This document shows, piece by piece, positions 31,863 to 32,000 of a stretch of DNA of 32,000 nucleotides. Position 1 is the stretch's first letter, and each line of letters begins with the position of its first letter. The DNA comes from Pyrodictium occultum (GTDB lineage: Archaea > Thermoproteota > Thermoprotei_A > Sulfolobales > Pyrodictiaceae): the NCBI RefSeq assembly GCF_001462395.1, contig NZ_LNTB01000001.1, positions 960,001 to 992,000 of the forward strand, in the 5' to 3' direction. The position numbers and the translations under genes were made by a program. A model generated the notes under the pieces. The model worked only from the letters and a program-made list of their open reading frames with translations, searched no databases and was not told the origin of the DNA.

Positions 31863-32000
31863 ATGGCTGCGCGCATCCGGCTGATAGGCAGCCCGGAGAA
31901 GCTCGTCGACGAGGTTATTGAGAGGGCTAGGAGGAACGCCGAGGCCAGGATGAACGAGGCGCTGGAGGCAGCTAGGAAGATACTCGACAAGGCCTTCGAG
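31863..32000 (+). CDS. atpE: A-type ATP synthase subunit E, 3'-truncated by the window edge
   Basis: ATG 31863 lies 7 nt after the atpF stop, and the frame is open to the window end. MAARIRLIGSPEKLVDEVIERARRNAEARMNEALEAARKILDKAFE is a typical N-terminal helix of subunit E. It is absent from the ORF track because no stop lies within the window. Confidence 0.6.
   Translation, partial: MAARIRLIGSPEKLVDEVIERARRNAEARMNEALEAARKILDKAFE

Noticed and set aside
1-32000. A search by eye for CRISPR arrays, IS elements or transposases, integrases, rRNA genes and C/D-box sRNAs.
   Set aside because: I saw no regularly spaced direct repeats, no DDE/HUH or tyrosine-recombinase-like ORFs, no rRNA-like stretches, and no RUGAUGA...CUGA box pairs in intergenic regions. 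A manual scan of 32 kb cannot exclude short or degenerate elements.

Overview
The window looks like a chromosomal segment of a high-GC hyperthermophilic archaeon, probably a crenarchaeote of the Desulfurococcales or Aeropyrum type. Evidence: AGG/ATA/CTC/GAG codon bias, TTTAAATA-type TATA boxes, an intron-containing tRNA, aIF1A, Rio1, Cdc48, TmcA and A-type ATPase genes. I did not compute GC for the window. Hand counts on sampled 60-nt lines range from about 52% to 77%.

Gene content, left to right:
- At least five co-directional stand-alone CBS-domain genes (1-4099).
- A Mut7-C/PIN-like RNase with a Zn ribbon.
- A DedA/VTT-like membrane protein, overlapping convergently with an orphan secreted, C-terminally anchored protein.
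- tRNA(Met) cytidine acetyltransferase TmcA and an M42/TET aminopeptidase.
- A biotin-dependent acyl-CoA carboxylase set (carboxyltransferase, BCCP, biotin carboxylase) with a divergent biotin-protein ligase.
- dCTP deaminase.
- A lower-GC, decayed stretch of about 0.8 kb, then tRNA-Pro(GGG) with a 40-nt intron, then a frameshift-split conserved hypothetical gene.
- The aIF1A / KH(Dim2-like) / Rio1 ribosome-biogenesis neighbourhood.
- Two consecutive CydA-like genes (CydAA'-type cytochrome bd oxidase) followed by a 380-bp AT-rich spacer.
- Cdc48.
- A small ORF, a FucI/AraA-like isomerase homologue and a COG2403 P-loop protein.
- A rearranged A-type ATPase cluster (H-like, C, inverted I, F, E).

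I found no CRISPR array, intact transposase or integrase.

The best candidates for something undescribed are the CBS-gene array with its downstream Mut7-C nuclease, the tRNA-flanking relic with its frameshifted gene, and the small-ORF/isomerase-like/COG2403 trio. None can be proven from sequence alone. Many long alternative-frame and antisense ORFs in the supplied track are high-GC artefacts.
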